Notes: a model not told the origin generated them from the sequence alone. A stretch of 64,000 bases of DNA from Agathobacter sp. (GCA_017623935.1 JAGAOC010000001.1:6168-70167), one strand, 5' to 3'. Counted from the stretch's first letter, positions 37,698 through 48,619 are shown. Program-made: numbers and translations.

Positions 37698-39950
37698 ATG
37701 TCATTAGCAAAAGTAGTTGAAAAGGAATTAGGAAAGAGCATCGCACAGTGTTCCAACGAGGAAATCTATTTCACACTTCTTAACATGGTGAAAGAGATGG
37801 CAGCAGAGAAAGTTTCTAATCAGGGAAAGAAGAAACTTTACTATATCTCAGCTGAGTTCTTAATTGGTAAACTGTTATCAAACAACTTAATTAACTTAGG
37901 AATTTATGATGATATTAAGAAAGAATTAGCAGACGCTGGAAAGAGCCTTGCTGAAATCGAAGAAGTTGAATTAGAGCCATCTTTAGGAAATGGTGGACTT
38001 GGACGTCTTGCAGCTTGTTTCGTAGATTCTATCGCAACATTAGGATTAAACGGCGATGGTGTTGGATTAAATTACCACTACGGACTTTTCAAACAGGTAT
38101 TTGAGAACAATCTTCAGAAAGAAACTCCAAATCCATGGATCACAGAGAAGAGCTGGCTGACAAGAAGCGAGATCTCTTACCCAGTTAACTTTGGTGGATT
38201 TACAGTAACATCCAGATTATATGATATTGATGTAGTTGGTTACAACAACCGTACAACAAAACTTCGTTTATTCGATATTGAATCCGTTGATGAATCAATC
38301 GTAGGCGATACAATCGACTTCAACAAAGAAGAGATCGAGAAGAACCTTACATTATTCTTATATCCAGACGATTCTGATGAGAAGGGACGTCTCCTTCGTG
38401 TATATCAGCAGTATTTCATGGTAAGCAACGCTGCAAGACTTGTTCTTGACGAAGCAGTTGAGAGAGGATCTAACCTTCATGACTTAGCTGATTATGCAGC
38501 AATTCAGATCAACGATACTCATCCATCTATGGTAATTCCTGAATTGATCCGTCTGTTACAGGAAAAAGGAATCTTAATGGATGAAGCAGTAGAGATCGTT
38601 TCTAAGGTTTGTGCATATACTAACCACACAATCCTTGCAGAAGCATTAGAGAAATGGCCAATTTACTTCCTGGACAAAGCAGTTCCACAGTTAATGCCAA
38701 TCATCCGTGAGCTGGACAACCGTGTTCGTGCAAAAGTTTCTGATGAGAGCACATACATCATCAAAGACGGTTTAGTACACATGGCTCATATGGATATCCA
38801 TTATGGATACAGTGTAAATGGTGTTGCATACCTTCACACAGAGATCTTAAAGAACACAGAGCTGAATAACTTCTACAAGTTATATCCAGAACGTTTCAAT
38901 AACAAGACAAACGGTATTACATTCCGTCGTTGGTTAATGTCTTGTAACCCAGAACTGGCTGCAATGATCACAGAACTGATCGGAGAAGGCTGGAAGAAAG
39001 ATGCTAACGAATTAGAGAAATTAGCAAACTATATCAATGATGATGCAGTATTAGACAGACTTGTTTCTGTAAAAGCTGGAAAGAAAGCTGATCTTGCAGC
39101 TTACTTAAAGAATACTCAGGGCATGGATATTCAGCCAGAGTCTATCTTTGATATTCAGGTTAAGAGACTTCACGAGTACAAGAGACAGCAGTTAAATGTA
39201 CTCTACATCATCCACAAATATTTCGAGATCAAAGCTGGTAAGAAACCTGCTACACCAATCACTTTATTCTTTGGTGCAAAGGCAGCTCCTGCTTACACAA
39301 TTGCAAAAGATATCATTCACACAATCCTTTGCTTACAGCAGGTAATCAACAATGATCCAGAAGTTAGCCCATACTTAAAAGTATTCATGGTTGAGAACTA
39401 CAATGTAACTCTCGCTGAGAAATTAATCCCAGCTTGTGATATTTCCGAGCAGATCTCTCTTGCTTCTAAAGAAGCATCTGGAACAGGTAACATGAAATTT
39501 ATGTTAAATGGTGCTGTTACATTAGGAACTATGGACGGTGCTAACGTAGAGATCGCAGAGTTAGTTGGCGAAGATAACATCTTCACATTTGGTGAGTCTT
39601 CTGAGACTGTAATCGCTCGTTATGAAAGAGGAGATTACTGCTCTAAAGATTACTATGACAAAGATGCAGATCTTAAGAAAGCAGTTGACTTCATCGTAAG
39701 TGATGAGTTAATGGCAGTAGGATGCAAAGAGAACTTAGAGCGTCTTTACAATGAATTATTAAATAAAGACTGGTTCATGACATTCCCTGATTTCCAGGAT
39801 TATGTAGCAACAAAAGAGAAAGCATATGCTGCATATGATGAGCGTAAAGCTTGGGCTAAGAAGATGTTAGTAAACATCAGCAAAGCTGGATTCTTCTCAT
39901 CTGACCGTACAATCGAGCAGTACAATGAAGAGATCTGGAAATTAAACTAA
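37698..39950 (+). CDS. glgP: Glycogen/maltodextrin phosphorylase (GT35)
   Basis: Motifs [35 protein letters not shown] and the PLP motif [14 protein letters not shown]. Confidence 0.95.
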   Translation: MSLAKVVEKELGKSIAQCSNEEIYFTLLNMVKEMAAEKVSNQGKKKLYYISAEFLIGKLLSNNLINLGIYDDIKKELADAGKSLAEIEEVELEPSLGNGGLGRLAACFVDSIATLGLNGDGVGLNYHYGLFKQVFENNLQKETPNPWITEKSWLTRSEISYPVNFGGFTVTSRLYDIDVVGYNNRTTKLRLFDIESVDESIVGDTIDFNKEEIEKNLTLFLYPDDSDEKGRLLRVYQQYFMVSNAARLVLDEAVERGSNLHDLADYAAIQINDTHPSMVIPELIRLLQEKGILMDEAVEIVSKVCAYTNHTILAEALEKWPIYFLDKAVPQLMPIIRELDNRVRAKVSDESTYIIKDGLVHMAHMDIHYGYSVNGVAYLHTEILKNTELNNFYKLYPERFNNKTNGITFRRWLMSCNPELAAMITELIGEGWKKDANELEKLANYINDDAVLDRLVSVKAGKKADLAAYLKNTQGMDIQPESIFDIQVKRLHEYKRQQLNVLYIIHKYFEIKAGKKPATPITLFFGAKAAPAYTIAKDIIHTILCLQQVINNDPEVSPYLKVFMVENYNVTLAEKLIPACDISEQISLASKEASGTGNMKFMLNGAVTLGTMDGANVEIAELVGEDNIFTFGESSETVIARYERGDYCSKDYYDKDADLKKAVDFIVSDELMAVGCKENLERLYNELLNKDWFMTFPDFQDYVATKEKAYAAYDERKAWAKKMLVNISKAGFFSSDRTIEQYNEEIWKLN

Positions 39951-39977
39951 TCTTATTATAGAAGTTGCATATTCCTA

Positions 39978-40019
39978 AACCCCTTACCGACTTAGGTCGG
40001 TAAGGGGTTCCTTTTATTT
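39978..40019 (+). terminator. Rho-independent terminator
   Basis: Perfect 14-bp stem AACCCCTTACCGAC-ttag-GTCGGTAAGGGGTT. Confidence 0.85.
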
Positions 40020-40373
40020 GAAAGAGAAGGGCAATCTGGAAATTTTGGATACATTCGGAAATTTTGGACTTGTATTGTCCGATCGTTTATGTTATAAGTG
40101 AATTATTCAAAAGACAAGGTACATTCATTTTTCTACACAAATCTCAGGGATCACCTACGAATTTCCGAAAGATTTTACAAGTTTATAGAGCTGTTTCTTT
40201 GGAGGATTTCATAAAACAAATGAAAATCCACAGAGAAAAACAGAAATTGCAGGTAGCCAATACATTGTTTTTACAATGGGCTTGTGCTATACTTTATCTG
40301 ATTATCATGTGTAAGTATACCGTAACAGATTTCCTTTATTTGTGTGGAAAAATTGCAGGCAAAGGAGGAAATT

Positions 40374-41279
40374 ATGGGGCAGAAAGATATTGGGGAGAAA
40401 ATACTAGAAGATTACAATGATGTATTTGCTGACATAGTAAATGTATTTTATTTTCACGGACAGCAAAGAATCAGACCTGAAGAGCTATCACCTGGGAGAC
40501 TTCGGTCGCATTATAAGACTCATGATGATCAACTTCATGAACAAGAGCGTGATGTGGCAAAATTCTGGAATAAAGGCGAAATGAAACTGGCTTTATATGG
40601 GATTGAGAATCAGGAAAAAGTAGAACGGATCATGCCGCTTCGAGTTATGGGCTATGACGGTGCTGCATACAGAGAACAATTGTTAGATGATAAAGCAAGA
40701 GAACATTATCCGGTATTATCTTTAGTTCTCTATTTTGGAATGGATCATTGGACAGCACCTAAAAAATTAAAAGAGGTATTGAAGATCCCGGAGGGGTTAG
40801 AGCCATATGTGAATGATTATGCTATTCAGGTCTGTGAAGTGGCTTGGCTTACAGAGGAACAAATTAATTTGTTTCAGAGTGACTTTCGGATAGTGGCAGA
40901 TTTTTTTGCACAAAAAAGAAAGAATAAGGATTATGTTCCATCCGCGCAGCAGATGAGACATGTGGATGCAGTATTAAAATTATTGGCTGTATTTGCAAAA
41001 GATGAACGGTATAATACGATTCTGGACATTGAAAATGGGGAGGTGCCGAAAACCATGTGTGAAGTATACGATAAAATAGAAAAACGTGGAATGGAAACTG
41101 GAAGACGAGAAGGAATAAAAGAAGGAATAAAAGAAGGAATAAAAGAAGGAATAAAAGCTTTAATAGAGACTTGCCAAGAACTGGGAGTCACGAAAAAAGA
41201 GCTTACAGGAAAGCTACAAGAAAAATATCACTTAAGTGAGAACGAGGCATTTCAGTACATAGAAAAATATTGGAAATGA
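40374..41279 (+). CDS. Rpn/YhgA-like PD-(D/E)XK nuclease ('putative transposase')
   Basis: Motifs KDIGEKILEDYNDVFADI, QERDVAK, GIENQ, MPLRVMGYDGAAY and PVLSLVLYFG..W; C-terminal EGIK repeats; AAGGAGG RBS. Confidence 0.85.
   Translation: MGQKDIGEKILEDYNDVFADIVNVFYFHGQQRIRPEELSPGRLRSHYKTHDDQLHEQERDVAKFWNKGEMKLALYGIENQEKVERIMPLRVMGYDGAAYREQLLDDKAREHYPVLSLVLYFGMDHWTAPKKLKEVLKIPEGLEPYVNDYAIQVCEVAWLTEEQINLFQSDFRIVADFFAQKRKNKDYVPSAQQMRHVDAVLKLLAVFAKDERYNTILDIENGEVPKTMCEVYDKIEKRGMETGRREGIKEGIKEGIKEGIKALIETCQELGVTKKELTGKLQEKYHLSENEAFQYIEKYWK
41055..41279 (+). CDS. Putative nested in-frame small protein (RpnS-type antitoxin), 74 aa
   Basis: Internal GGGGAGGTG at 41037-41045, in-frame ATG at 41055 (MCEVYDKIEK), and TATAAT at 41010. 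Confidence 0.6.
   Translation: MCEVYDKIEKRGMETGRREGIKEGIKEGIKEGIKALIETCQELGVTKKELTGKLQEKYHLSENEAFQYIEKYWK
41109..41156 (+). repeat. Four perfect 12-bp tandem repeats (EGIK)
   Basis: GAAGGAATAAAA x4. Confidence 0.9.
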
Positions 41280-41336
41280 TCAAGCATATGATCGAAAGAT
41301 AATGAAGATGACTTTGCAGAGGTCTTGGAGGAGAAA

Positions 41337-42302
41337 ATGAATAACAAAATAAAGTGTTTGTGTGAGGTACTTTTGTTGGCGGCTCTTTGTATCACGTTAT
41401 CGGGCTGTGATAGTGAGGAGACTCAAAATACGAAAACCGCATACAGACAGTATGGAATCAATTGTATAGAAGAAGGTAAATATGATGAGGCCTTAGAAGC
41501 ATTTCAGAAAGCCTTAGATCTGTCAGTAGGGAAAGTAGGAGAGACAGAACTTGACATTTGTTTCTATAAAGCGGAAGCTTTGTACAAAAGTGGTAAAGTA
41601 ACAGAAGCGGTGGAAGTTTATGACGCAATTATTGATTATAATGAAGATCCTCAGGCATACTACTTAAGAGGTTGTTTGTATTTTGGACAGGGACAGAGCG
41701 AGTTGGGAATTAAGGATCTATCAACTGCAGCTAACAAATCCGATAAGGATTATGAACTTTATATTGGTATCTATCAGACCTTTAAGGCCTATGGTATGGA
41801 AGATGACGGCAAGAAATATTTAAATGAAGCCCTGAATTTTAATGGGGAGAAAGCTTATGACAATATGCAGAAAGGCCGTATCACGTTCCTGATGGGAGAC
41901 AACGAAGGGGCGAAAGAGCTTCTGCAGAAGGCAGTAGATGGAAAAGAGCAGAAAGCTTATTATTATCTTTCAGAAGTTTATGATGCATTAGGAGATACGC
42001 AGGCGGCTGATGCTAGTTTTCAGTCATATTTAGAGAGTGGTCTGGCAGATTCCACCGATCTTTACGAAACAGGTGTTCGCTGTATGGAGAAAGAGAATTA
42101 TCAAGATGCAGTGAAATATTTTGAAGCGGCTTTGGAGTTAGAAGAGGTACCAAATCGTCAGTTCATTATGCAGAAGATCATCTATGCCTATGAGTATGTG
42201 CAGGATTTTCAGAAGGCAAAGACAATGATGGAAGAGTACAAACAGCTTTATCCGGAAGATACTTCTATGGATAAGGAATTTATATTTTTAAAGACAAGAT
42301 AG
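41337..42302 (+). CDS. TPR-repeat lipoprotein
   Basis: Lipobox LSGC; multiple TPRs such as YDEALEAFQKAL and YQDAVKYFEAAL. Confidence 0.85.
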   Translation: MNNKIKCLCEVLLLAALCITLSGCDSEETQNTKTAYRQYGINCIEEGKYDEALEAFQKALDLSVGKVGETELDICFYKAEALYKSGKVTEAVEVYDAIIDYNEDPQAYYLRGCLYFGQGQSELGIKDLSTAANKSDKDYELYIGIYQTFKAYGMEDDGKKYLNEALNFNGEKAYDNMQKGRITFLMGDNEGAKELLQKAVDGKEQKAYYYLSEVYDALGDTQAADASFQSYLESGLADSTDLYETGVRCMEKENYQDAVKYFEAALELEEVPNRQFIMQKIIYAYEYVQDFQKAKTMMEEYKQLYPEDTSMDKEFIFLKTR

Positions 42303-42309
42303 GAGATTT

Positions 42310-43578
42310 ATGGCAGAACCATTTGAAATTGAGGAATTACAGGAGAAAGTCATATTAGTTGGAGTCAGTGAGCAGGACGGTGATGATGCGGAGGACTCAC
42401 TGGAGGAATTGGAAGAACTGGTGCATACTGCTGGCGCAGTAGTGGCAGGAAAGATTTTGCAAAAAAGAGAACAGATCCACAGGGGGACTTATGTTGGAAC
42501 CGGTAAGGTTCAAGAGATAGCACAGATGCTAGAAGAGACTGGAGCAACGGGAATCGTCTGTGATGATGAGCTATCGCCGGCGCAGCTTAAGAATCTGGAG
42601 GAACTTTTGGCAACGAAAGTCATGGATAGGACTTTGATCATATTAGATATTTTTGCGGCAAGGGCAACCACCAGAGAAGGAAAGATTCAGGTAGAGCTGG
42701 CTCAGCTGAAATATAGACTTAGCCGCCTGACAGGATTAGGTCGTTCCATGTCCCGTTTGGGAGGTGGAATCGGAACAAGAGGTCCTGGAGAAAAGAAACT
42801 GGAAATAGACAGACGATTGATCAATGACAGGATTGCCCAGTTGAAGCGGGAATTAACAGAAGTGCAGAAACACAGGGATATTACCCGGGCAAAAAGAGAG
42901 AAAAATCAGGTGCCGGTAGTTGCAATCGTGGGATATACCAATGCGGGGAAATCTACCCTTTTGAATCGGTTGACAGACGCAGGGGTATTAGAAGAAGATA
43001 AGTTGTTTGCAACCTTGGATCCAACTACGAGAATTCTGGAGCTGGAAGGTCATCAGCAGGTGCTTTTAACAGATACAGTTGGATTTATTCGAAAATTGCC
43101 TCATCATTTGATAGAGGCATTTAAGAGTACTTTGGAAGAGGCAAAATATGCGGATATTATCTTTCACGTGGTAGATGCCTCTAACCCAAAGAGAGACAAA
43201 CAAATGTATATTGTCTACGAAACTTTGGACAAACTAGGCGTTAAAGACAAGAAAATCGTAACTTTATTTAATAAGCAGGACAAGCGTACGGAAGAGGAAC
43301 CTCTTCGGGATTTCCGTTCTGATCATAATATGGGAATCTCGGCCATCACAGGCAAGGGCTTAGAAGAAGTAAAACAGCTGTTGTCAGAGCTTCTTCGGGA
43401 GAATAAGATCTACATTGAAAGGATCCTTCCTTTTGATAAGGCAGGGGTGATTCAGGCAATCCGTAAGCAGGGAGAACTGTTAGAAGAAGAGTATATTCCA
43501 GAAGGGATTTCAATTAAAGCCTATGTTCCTATGGAGATTTATGGGATAATCCCAGAGGGAATAGGCACAGAAAGTTGA
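42310..43578 (+). CDS. hflX: GTPase HflX
   Basis: Motifs GGIGTRGPGEKKLE, GYTNAGKST, LFATLDPT, DTVGFI and NKQD. Confidence 0.96.
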   Translation: MAEPFEIEELQEKVILVGVSEQDGDDAEDSLEELEELVHTAGAVVAGKILQKREQIHRGTYVGTGKVQEIAQMLEETGATGIVCDDELSPAQLKNLEELLATKVMDRTLIILDIFAARATTREGKIQVELAQLKYRLSRLTGLGRSMSRLGGGIGTRGPGEKKLEIDRRLINDRIAQLKRELTEVQKHRDITRAKREKNQVPVVAIVGYTNAGKSTLLNRLTDAGVLEEDKLFATLDPTTRILELEGHQQVLLTDTVGFIRKLPHHLIEAFKSTLEEAKYADIIFHVVDASNPKRDKQMYIVYETLDKLGVKDKKIVTLFNKQDKRTEEEPLRDFRSDHNMGISAITGKGLEEVKQLLSELLRENKIYIERILPFDKAGVIQAIRKQGELLEEEYIPEGISIKAYVPMEIYGIIPEGIGTES

Positions 43579-43588
43579 TCATCTTATT

Positions 43589-44956
43589 ATGAGTAAAGAG
43601 AAGATAGAAAAAGAGCAGAAAGAAAAAAGAAAACAAGAAAAAGTCGAACGAAAAAAGCAAAAAAAAGCAGAGCATCAAAAATCCCGCAAGCAGAAAAAGA
43701 TCCGGTGGGAGAAATTAGATAACACAGCTCAGATCTTTCCGGTCATCGCTGGAGAAAATATGACCAATGTCTATCGGATCAGTGTGACTTTGAATGAGGA
43801 AGTTCAACCAAAGCTTTTACAGCAGGCATTGGATCTGGTTCTTCCGAAAATTGATGGATTTAATCTGAGGATGAGGACTGGTGTTTTCTGGTATTATTTT
43901 GAGGAAAATGGCAAGCCGGCTCCTAAAGTTACAGAAGAGCATTTGTTTCCGTGCAGATATATTCATTCAAATAAGAACAGAAGTTACCTTTTTCGAGTTA
44001 CCTATTATGGAAAAAGGATCAATCTGGAAGTTTTCCATGTATTGACAGATGGTATGGGAGGGCTTACCTTTATCCGAGAGCTCACCTATCAGTATCTGCG
44101 TTTGGCGCACCCGGAGCTTCGGAGTGAGGGAGATACCTTAAGCGAAGACACATCTTTGAGTCGGGAGGATAGCTTTTTGTCGAATTACCGTAGGAGTAAA
44201 CCTAGTGGATTCAATAGAGAAAAGGCCTATCTTATCAAAGGTGAGAAATTGCCAAAAGGCGAATTTGGAGTCATGCATGTATATATGCCGGTAGATAAAT
44301 TAAAAGAAGCTGCTCACAAATACGGTGCTTCTATTAATGAATATCTGGTGTCTGTATTTGTCTGGAGTGTTTATCAGGAATGTCTTCACGGAATGCCTTC
44401 TAAGAAAGCACTGCGAATAGCGGTACCGGTAAATCTCAGACCATTTTTTGACTCTGTTACTACGAAGAACTTTTTTGTCATGGTGTCAGCAGAGTTTCGT
44501 CCTGAGAAAGACAGCTATTCTTTTGAAGAAGTAGTGGAGATCATAAAAGACAGTCTTCATAAGCAGATTACCAAAGAACATATGGAAGATCTGTTCTCCT
44601 ATAGTGTGTCGAATCAGAGAAATGCATTTTTAAGACCGATTCCGTTATTCTTGAAAAATATTGCCATGAAACTGGTCTATACCCAGTCTGCATTGGCGAA
44701 TACTTCCACCATCACAAACGTTGGAAATATTGAGATAGAGCCTAAATATGAGCCTTACATTCATATGTTTCAGGCTTTTATTGCCATGTCCAAAGGGCAA
44801 TATTTGAAAGGAACGGTCTGCTCATATCAGGGAACTCTTGCTTTTACTTTTAGTTCTATTTTACAGGATACTATCGTACAGAAGTCTTTTTGCAGGAAGA
44901 TTGCAGAGGACGGAGTCGATGTAAGCGTTGAAACTAATGGAGTGTATTATGAATAG
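43589..44956 (+). CDS. Alcohol-acetyltransferase/condensation-domain-like acyltransferase
   Basis: HxxxDG motif FHVLTDGMGG; WEKLDNTA, VPVNLRPFF.S.T.KNFF and ITNVG. Confidence 0.75.
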   Translation: MSKEKIEKEQKEKRKQEKVERKKQKKAEHQKSRKQKKIRWEKLDNTAQIFPVIAGENMTNVYRISVTLNEEVQPKLLQQALDLVLPKIDGFNLRMRTGVFWYYFEENGKPAPKVTEEHLFPCRYIHSNKNRSYLFRVTYYGKRINLEVFHVLTDGMGGLTFIRELTYQYLRLAHPELRSEGDTLSEDTSLSREDSFLSNYRRSKPSGFNREKAYLIKGEKLPKGEFGVMHVYMPVDKLKEAAHKYGASINEYLVSVFVWSVYQECLHGMPSKKALRIAVPVNLRPFFDSVTTKNFFVMVSAEFRPEKDSYSFEEVVEIIKDSLHKQITKEHMEDLFSYSVSNQRNAFLRPIPLFLKNIAMKLVYTQSALANTSTITNVGNIEIEPKYEPYIHMFQAFIAMSKGQYLKGTVCSYQGTLAFTFSSILQDTIVQKSFCRKIAEDGVDVSVETNGVYYE

Positions 44957-45614
44957 ATGCGTAAAATGTAACGTTGAAATACTAGATAATTCCCAGACTT
45001 GTCCCCTTTGCCATCATGTGCTTTCCAGGCAGGGAGATGAAGGGATCAACACCTATCCAGATGCCAGAGTGGCAGTAAGGAAATTCCGTTTTACGGAAAA
45101 TTTACTGCTCTTTCTTTCCATTGTAGCGGAAACCATATTGATCTATATTGATTATCTGACAGGAGATGGGATCAATTGGAGTCTGATCCCGGGCTTGGGA
45201 TTGATCTACGCTAATGTTGTAATGCAGTTGGCGATCGTAGGAAAGTCTGGATACATGGTCAAGACATTGAGTCTGGTAGTACTGGCGGTGGCTTCATTAT
45301 TTGGGATTGACTATCTTACAGGATATCATAAATGGTCCCTGGAATTTTCCTTTCCGTCAGCAATTCTATTACTAGATCTGGCAGTTTTGATCATGATGAT
45401 CGTAAATCATAGAAACTGGCAGAGCTATATGATGGTGGAGATCTTTACGATCGTCTTAAGTCTGATACCAGTGATCTTGCTGGCTGCTGGAGTGATCCAG
45501 TTCCCATATCTGGCGATCATTGCGTTAGGAACTTCCGTCTTTATTTTCCTGGGAACCTTAATTCTGGGGGATCAAAGGGCAAGAAGTGAATTAATGAGGA
45601 GATTCCACTGGTAA
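44949..45614 (+). CDS. Zinc-ribbon membrane protein (DUF6320-like)
   Basis: CVKC...CPLC N-terminus, about 6 TM helices, C-terminal ELMRRFHW; overlaps the acyltransferase. Confidence 0.7.
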   Translation: MNRCVKCNVEILDNSQTCPLCHHVLSRQGDEGINTYPDARVAVRKFRFTENLLLFLSIVAETILIYIDYLTGDGINWSLIPGLGLIYANVVMQLAIVGKSGYMVKTLSLVVLAVASLFGIDYLTGYHKWSLEFSFPSAILLLDLAVLIMMIVNHRNWQSYMMVEIFTIVLSLIPVILLAAGVIQFPYLAIIALGTSVFIFLGTLILGDQRARSELMRRFHW

Positions 45615-45617
45615 ATT

Positions 45618-46580
45618 TTGAGAGGTAATAGTAAACAGGAAATGAATTTGATCAATAAAGAAACGGAAAAAGATGCCAGTATTCAGGGGCGGGTCATTCG
45701 GGAAATGATCAACAGATTTTCAAATGATCGGATCATTGGCAGGAAATTAAAATCAGGCGAGCTTCGGAAACGAATGGTAGAGCCGGAATGGAAAGTGCCG
45801 GATTGTTTTACCATGACCCATATTGATATGGAATATTTTACCATGAAGTTGTTGTCTTCTAAGGAGAATCCGAATCATGATAAGATTATCCTCCAGCTTC
45901 ATGGAGGAGGATATATGGGAGCAGTGAAGAACTCCTATTATATGTTTGCAGGGCTTTACAATGAGCTCAGTCATGGCTGTAGCGTGTTGACCCCGGATTA
46001 TCGGGTTGCTCCTGAGAATCCTTATCCTGCGGCAGTAGAGGACGCTTTAGCGGCATATAAGTGGATCTTAGATCATGGATATTTTGGAGAGCAGATCATT
46101 TTGGCAGGAGATTCTGCCGGAGGCGGTCTTGCCATGGCTCTGTGTATGTACTTACGGGATCATAATATGCCAATGCCTTGTGGTATCGTGGCCATGTCTC
46201 CTTGGGCTGATCTGACTGCCAGTGGGGAGTCTTATGATACGAATTTTGAGAAGGATCCCCTTTTTGGAAATACTAGGGAGAGTCTTATTTACTTAAATGA
46301 TTATGTGGGAGATCATGATCCTATGGATTATTATATTTCTCCCATGTTTGGAAGTTTTCGGGATTTTCCGCCTATGCTGATCCAGGTTGGATCCATTGAA
46401 ATGCTCCTTAGTGATTCTATTTCTGTGACCGCCAAGGCAAGAGAGCAGGGGGTAAAAGTCCGGCTCAGTATTTATGAAGGGATGTTTCATATATTTCAGA
46501 TGGCAATGCTGGCAATGCCGGAATCTAAGAAGGCATGGGTTGAAGTAGGAAAATTTATAGATATTCTAATGAAGGAATAG
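45618..46580 (+). CDS. Alpha/beta hydrolase, HSL-family esterase (start may be ATG 45642)
   Basis: Motifs LHGGGY, DYRVAPENPYPAA, GDSAGG and GMFHIF. Confidence 0.9.
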   Translation: MRGNSKQEMNLINKETEKDASIQGRVIREMINRFSNDRIIGRKLKSGELRKRMVEPEWKVPDCFTMTHIDMEYFTMKLLSSKENPNHDKIILQLHGGGYMGAVKNSYYMFAGLYNELSHGCSVLTPDYRVAPENPYPAAVEDALAAYKWILDHGYFGEQIILAGDSAGGGLAMALCMYLRDHNMPMPCGIVAMSPWADLTASGESYDTNFEKDPLFGNTRESLIYLNDYVGDHDPMDYYISPMFGSFRDFPPMLIQVGSIEMLLSDSISVTAKAREQGVKVRLSIYEGMFHIFQMAMLAMPESKKAWVEVGKFIDILMKE

Positions 46581-46616
46581 AAGTCGCCTTTGGGCTGATC
46601 GTGTTATGATATAGCA

Positions 46617-46664
46617 AGAGCCTCCGGGAATCAGATTGGTTAAGATCTGATTCCCGGGGGCTCT
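46617..46664. terminator. 20-bp-stem hairpin between convergent operons
   Basis: AGAGCCTCCGGGAATCAGAT-tggttaag-ATCTGATTCCCGGGGGCTCT. Confidence 0.75.
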
Positions 46665-46723
46665 TTGCTTGAAAAGATTTAATCTGCAAGACTACAGACA
46701 CATCTTTATGAAATTTAAGAAAT

Positions 46724-48619
46724 CTATGCGGTCTCGGCAGTATTTCCGGTATAGAGCTGATAATACTTGCCCTTCTGAGCGATCAGCTGTTCATGATTTC
46801 CACGTTCAATGACCCGACCTTGTTCTAAGACGATAATGCAATCGCTGTTTCGTACAGTAGAAAGTCGATGGGCAATGACGAAAGTGGTACGTCCTGCCAT
46901 AAGTTTATCCATACCATCCTGAACAATACGCTCTGTTCTGGTATCGATGGAACTTGTAGCTTCGTCTAAGATCAGTACAGGTGGATCTGCAATGGCAGCT
47001 CTGGCAATGGCGATGAGCTGTCGCTGTCCCTGACTTAAATTGGCACCGTCGCCAGTTAAGATAGTATTGTATCCATCTGGAAGCTGGCGGATAAAAGTAT
47101 CTGCATTTGCCAGGCGGGCAGCCGCATAAACTTCTTCGTCAGTGGCGTCTAACTTACCGTAGCGGATGTTATCCATAACGCTGGCAGTAAACAGGTGAGT
47201 ATCCTGCAATACAATGCCAAGAGAACGGCGCAGGTCTGCTTTTTTGATCTTATTGATATTGATTCCATCATAACGGATCTTACCATCCTGAATATCGTAG
47301 AAACGGTTGATCAGGTTGGTGATAGTGGTCTTTCCGGCACCGGTAGAACCAACAAAGGCAATCTTCTGACCTGGAGTAGCGTAGAGGTCTACGTTGTGGA
47401 GAACGATCTTGTCTGGGTTATATCCAAAATCAACATCATTAAATACCACATCTCCGGTAAGTTCGATATAATCTACACTTCCGTCAGCCTGATGAGTATG
47501 TTTCCATGCCCAAAGTCCTGTGTGTTCGGAAGTTTCCACAAGAACACCATTTTCTTTTTGGGCATTGACTAAGGTAACATAGCCATTGTCGGTCTCTGGT
47601 TCTTCGTCCAGTAACGCGAAGATTCGCTCACAGCCTGCCAGAGCCATGATAATACTGTTGATCTGCTGGCTGATCTGGGAGATCGGCATATTGAAACTCT
47701 TGTTAAAAGTCAAGAAACTTGCCAGTTTTCCAAGAGTGAAACCTCCCATACCGGCAGTAGCCAGGATTCCACCCACCATAGCGCAGAGAACATAGCTTAC
47801 GTTACCGATCTGAGCGTTGATCGGTCCTAGATAGTTTGCATATTGGTTGGCGTTATAAGCACTGTCAAAAAGTTGGTCATTCAGTTCGTTAAAGTTTTTC
47901 ATATTTTCTTCTTCGTGAGTGAAGACTTTAACTACTTTCTGGCCATTTAACATTTCTTCGATAAATCCGTTTACTTTACCAATATCCTTCTGCTGTGCCA
48001 CGAAATAGCGGCTGCTGTGTCCCGCAAAAGTCTTGGTAACAAAAGTGGTAATACCTACCATGACAAGAGTCAGGATGGTCAAAGGCACATTTAAGATCAA
48101 CATGAAGATAAATACACTGACTACAGTGATGGCGCTATTGATCAGCTGAGGGATACTCTGGCTGATCATCTGGCGGAGGGTATCAATGTCATTGGTGTAA
48201 ACAGACATGATATCGCCATGGGCATGAGTGTCAAAATAGCGGATCGGCAGGTCCTGCATATGCTCAAAAAGACTGTTTCGCATTTCCATGATAGTTCCCT
48301 GAGAAATGTAGATCAGTATCTTGTTATAGGCAAAAGTAGCTAATACACCCACGCCATAGAATACAGCCACTTTGGCGATAGCCTGTAAAAGTGGAGTGTA
48401 ATCTGGGTTTGGTGTTTGAGTCATTGGTTTGATGTAATCGTCGATCAAAGTCTGAAGGAACATGGTTCCCTGGGTATTGGCAATTACGCTGATGATAATG
48501 CAGGCAAATACGATCAGGTACGCCAGTCCATATCTCTTTAGGACAAATTGCATGAGCCGGGCAAAGAGTTTGCCAGGATTTTTGATCTGTGGTCTTGGTC
48601 TTGGAGCTGGTCTAGGCAT
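46724..48619 (-). CDS. ABC exporter, fused permease/ATPase (heterodimer subunit 2)
   Basis: Motifs GSTGAGKTT, LSQGQRQ, LILDEATS and IAHRLST; AAGGAGGTG RBS before ATG 48619. Confidence 0.93.
   Translation of the reverse strand: MPRPAPRPRPQIKNPGKLFARLMQFVLKRYGLAYLIVFACIIISVIANTQGTMFLQTLIDDYIKPMTQTPNPDYTPLLQAIAKVAVFYGVGVLATFAYNKILIYISQGTIMEMRNSLFEHMQDLPIRYFDTHAHGDIMSVYTNDIDTLRQMISQSIPQLINSAITVVSVFIFMLILNVPLTILTLVMVGITTFVTKTFAGHSSRYFVAQQKDIGKVNGFIEEMLNGQKVVKVFTHEEENMKNFNELNDQLFDSAYNANQYANYLGPINAQIGNVSYVLCAMVGGILATAGMGGFTLGKLASFLTFNKSFNMPISQISQQINSIIMALAGCERIFALLDEEPETDNGYVTLVNAQKENGVLVETSEHTGLWAWKHTHQADGSVDYIELTGDVVFNDVDFGYNPDKIVLHNVDLYATPGQKIAFVGSTGAGKTTITNLINRFYDIQDGKIRYDGININKIKKADLRRSLGIVLQDTHLFTASVMDNIRYGKLDATDEEVYAAARLANADTFIRQLPDGYNTILTGDGANLSQGQRQLIAIARAAIADPPVLILDEATSSIDTRTERIVQDGMDKLMAGRTTFVIAHRLSTVRNSDCIIVLEQGRVIERGNHEQLIAQKGKYYQLYTGNTAETA

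Noticed and set aside
40064-40420. 118-aa ORF upstream of the Rpn gene as a partner gene
   Set aside because: TTG start without an RBS, no motif, and it overlaps the Rpn RBS and start in another frame; probably spurious.
40020-41330. Rpn gene as an IS element
   Set aside because: No terminal inverted repeats or target duplication were seen, and the family is not a demonstrated transposase.
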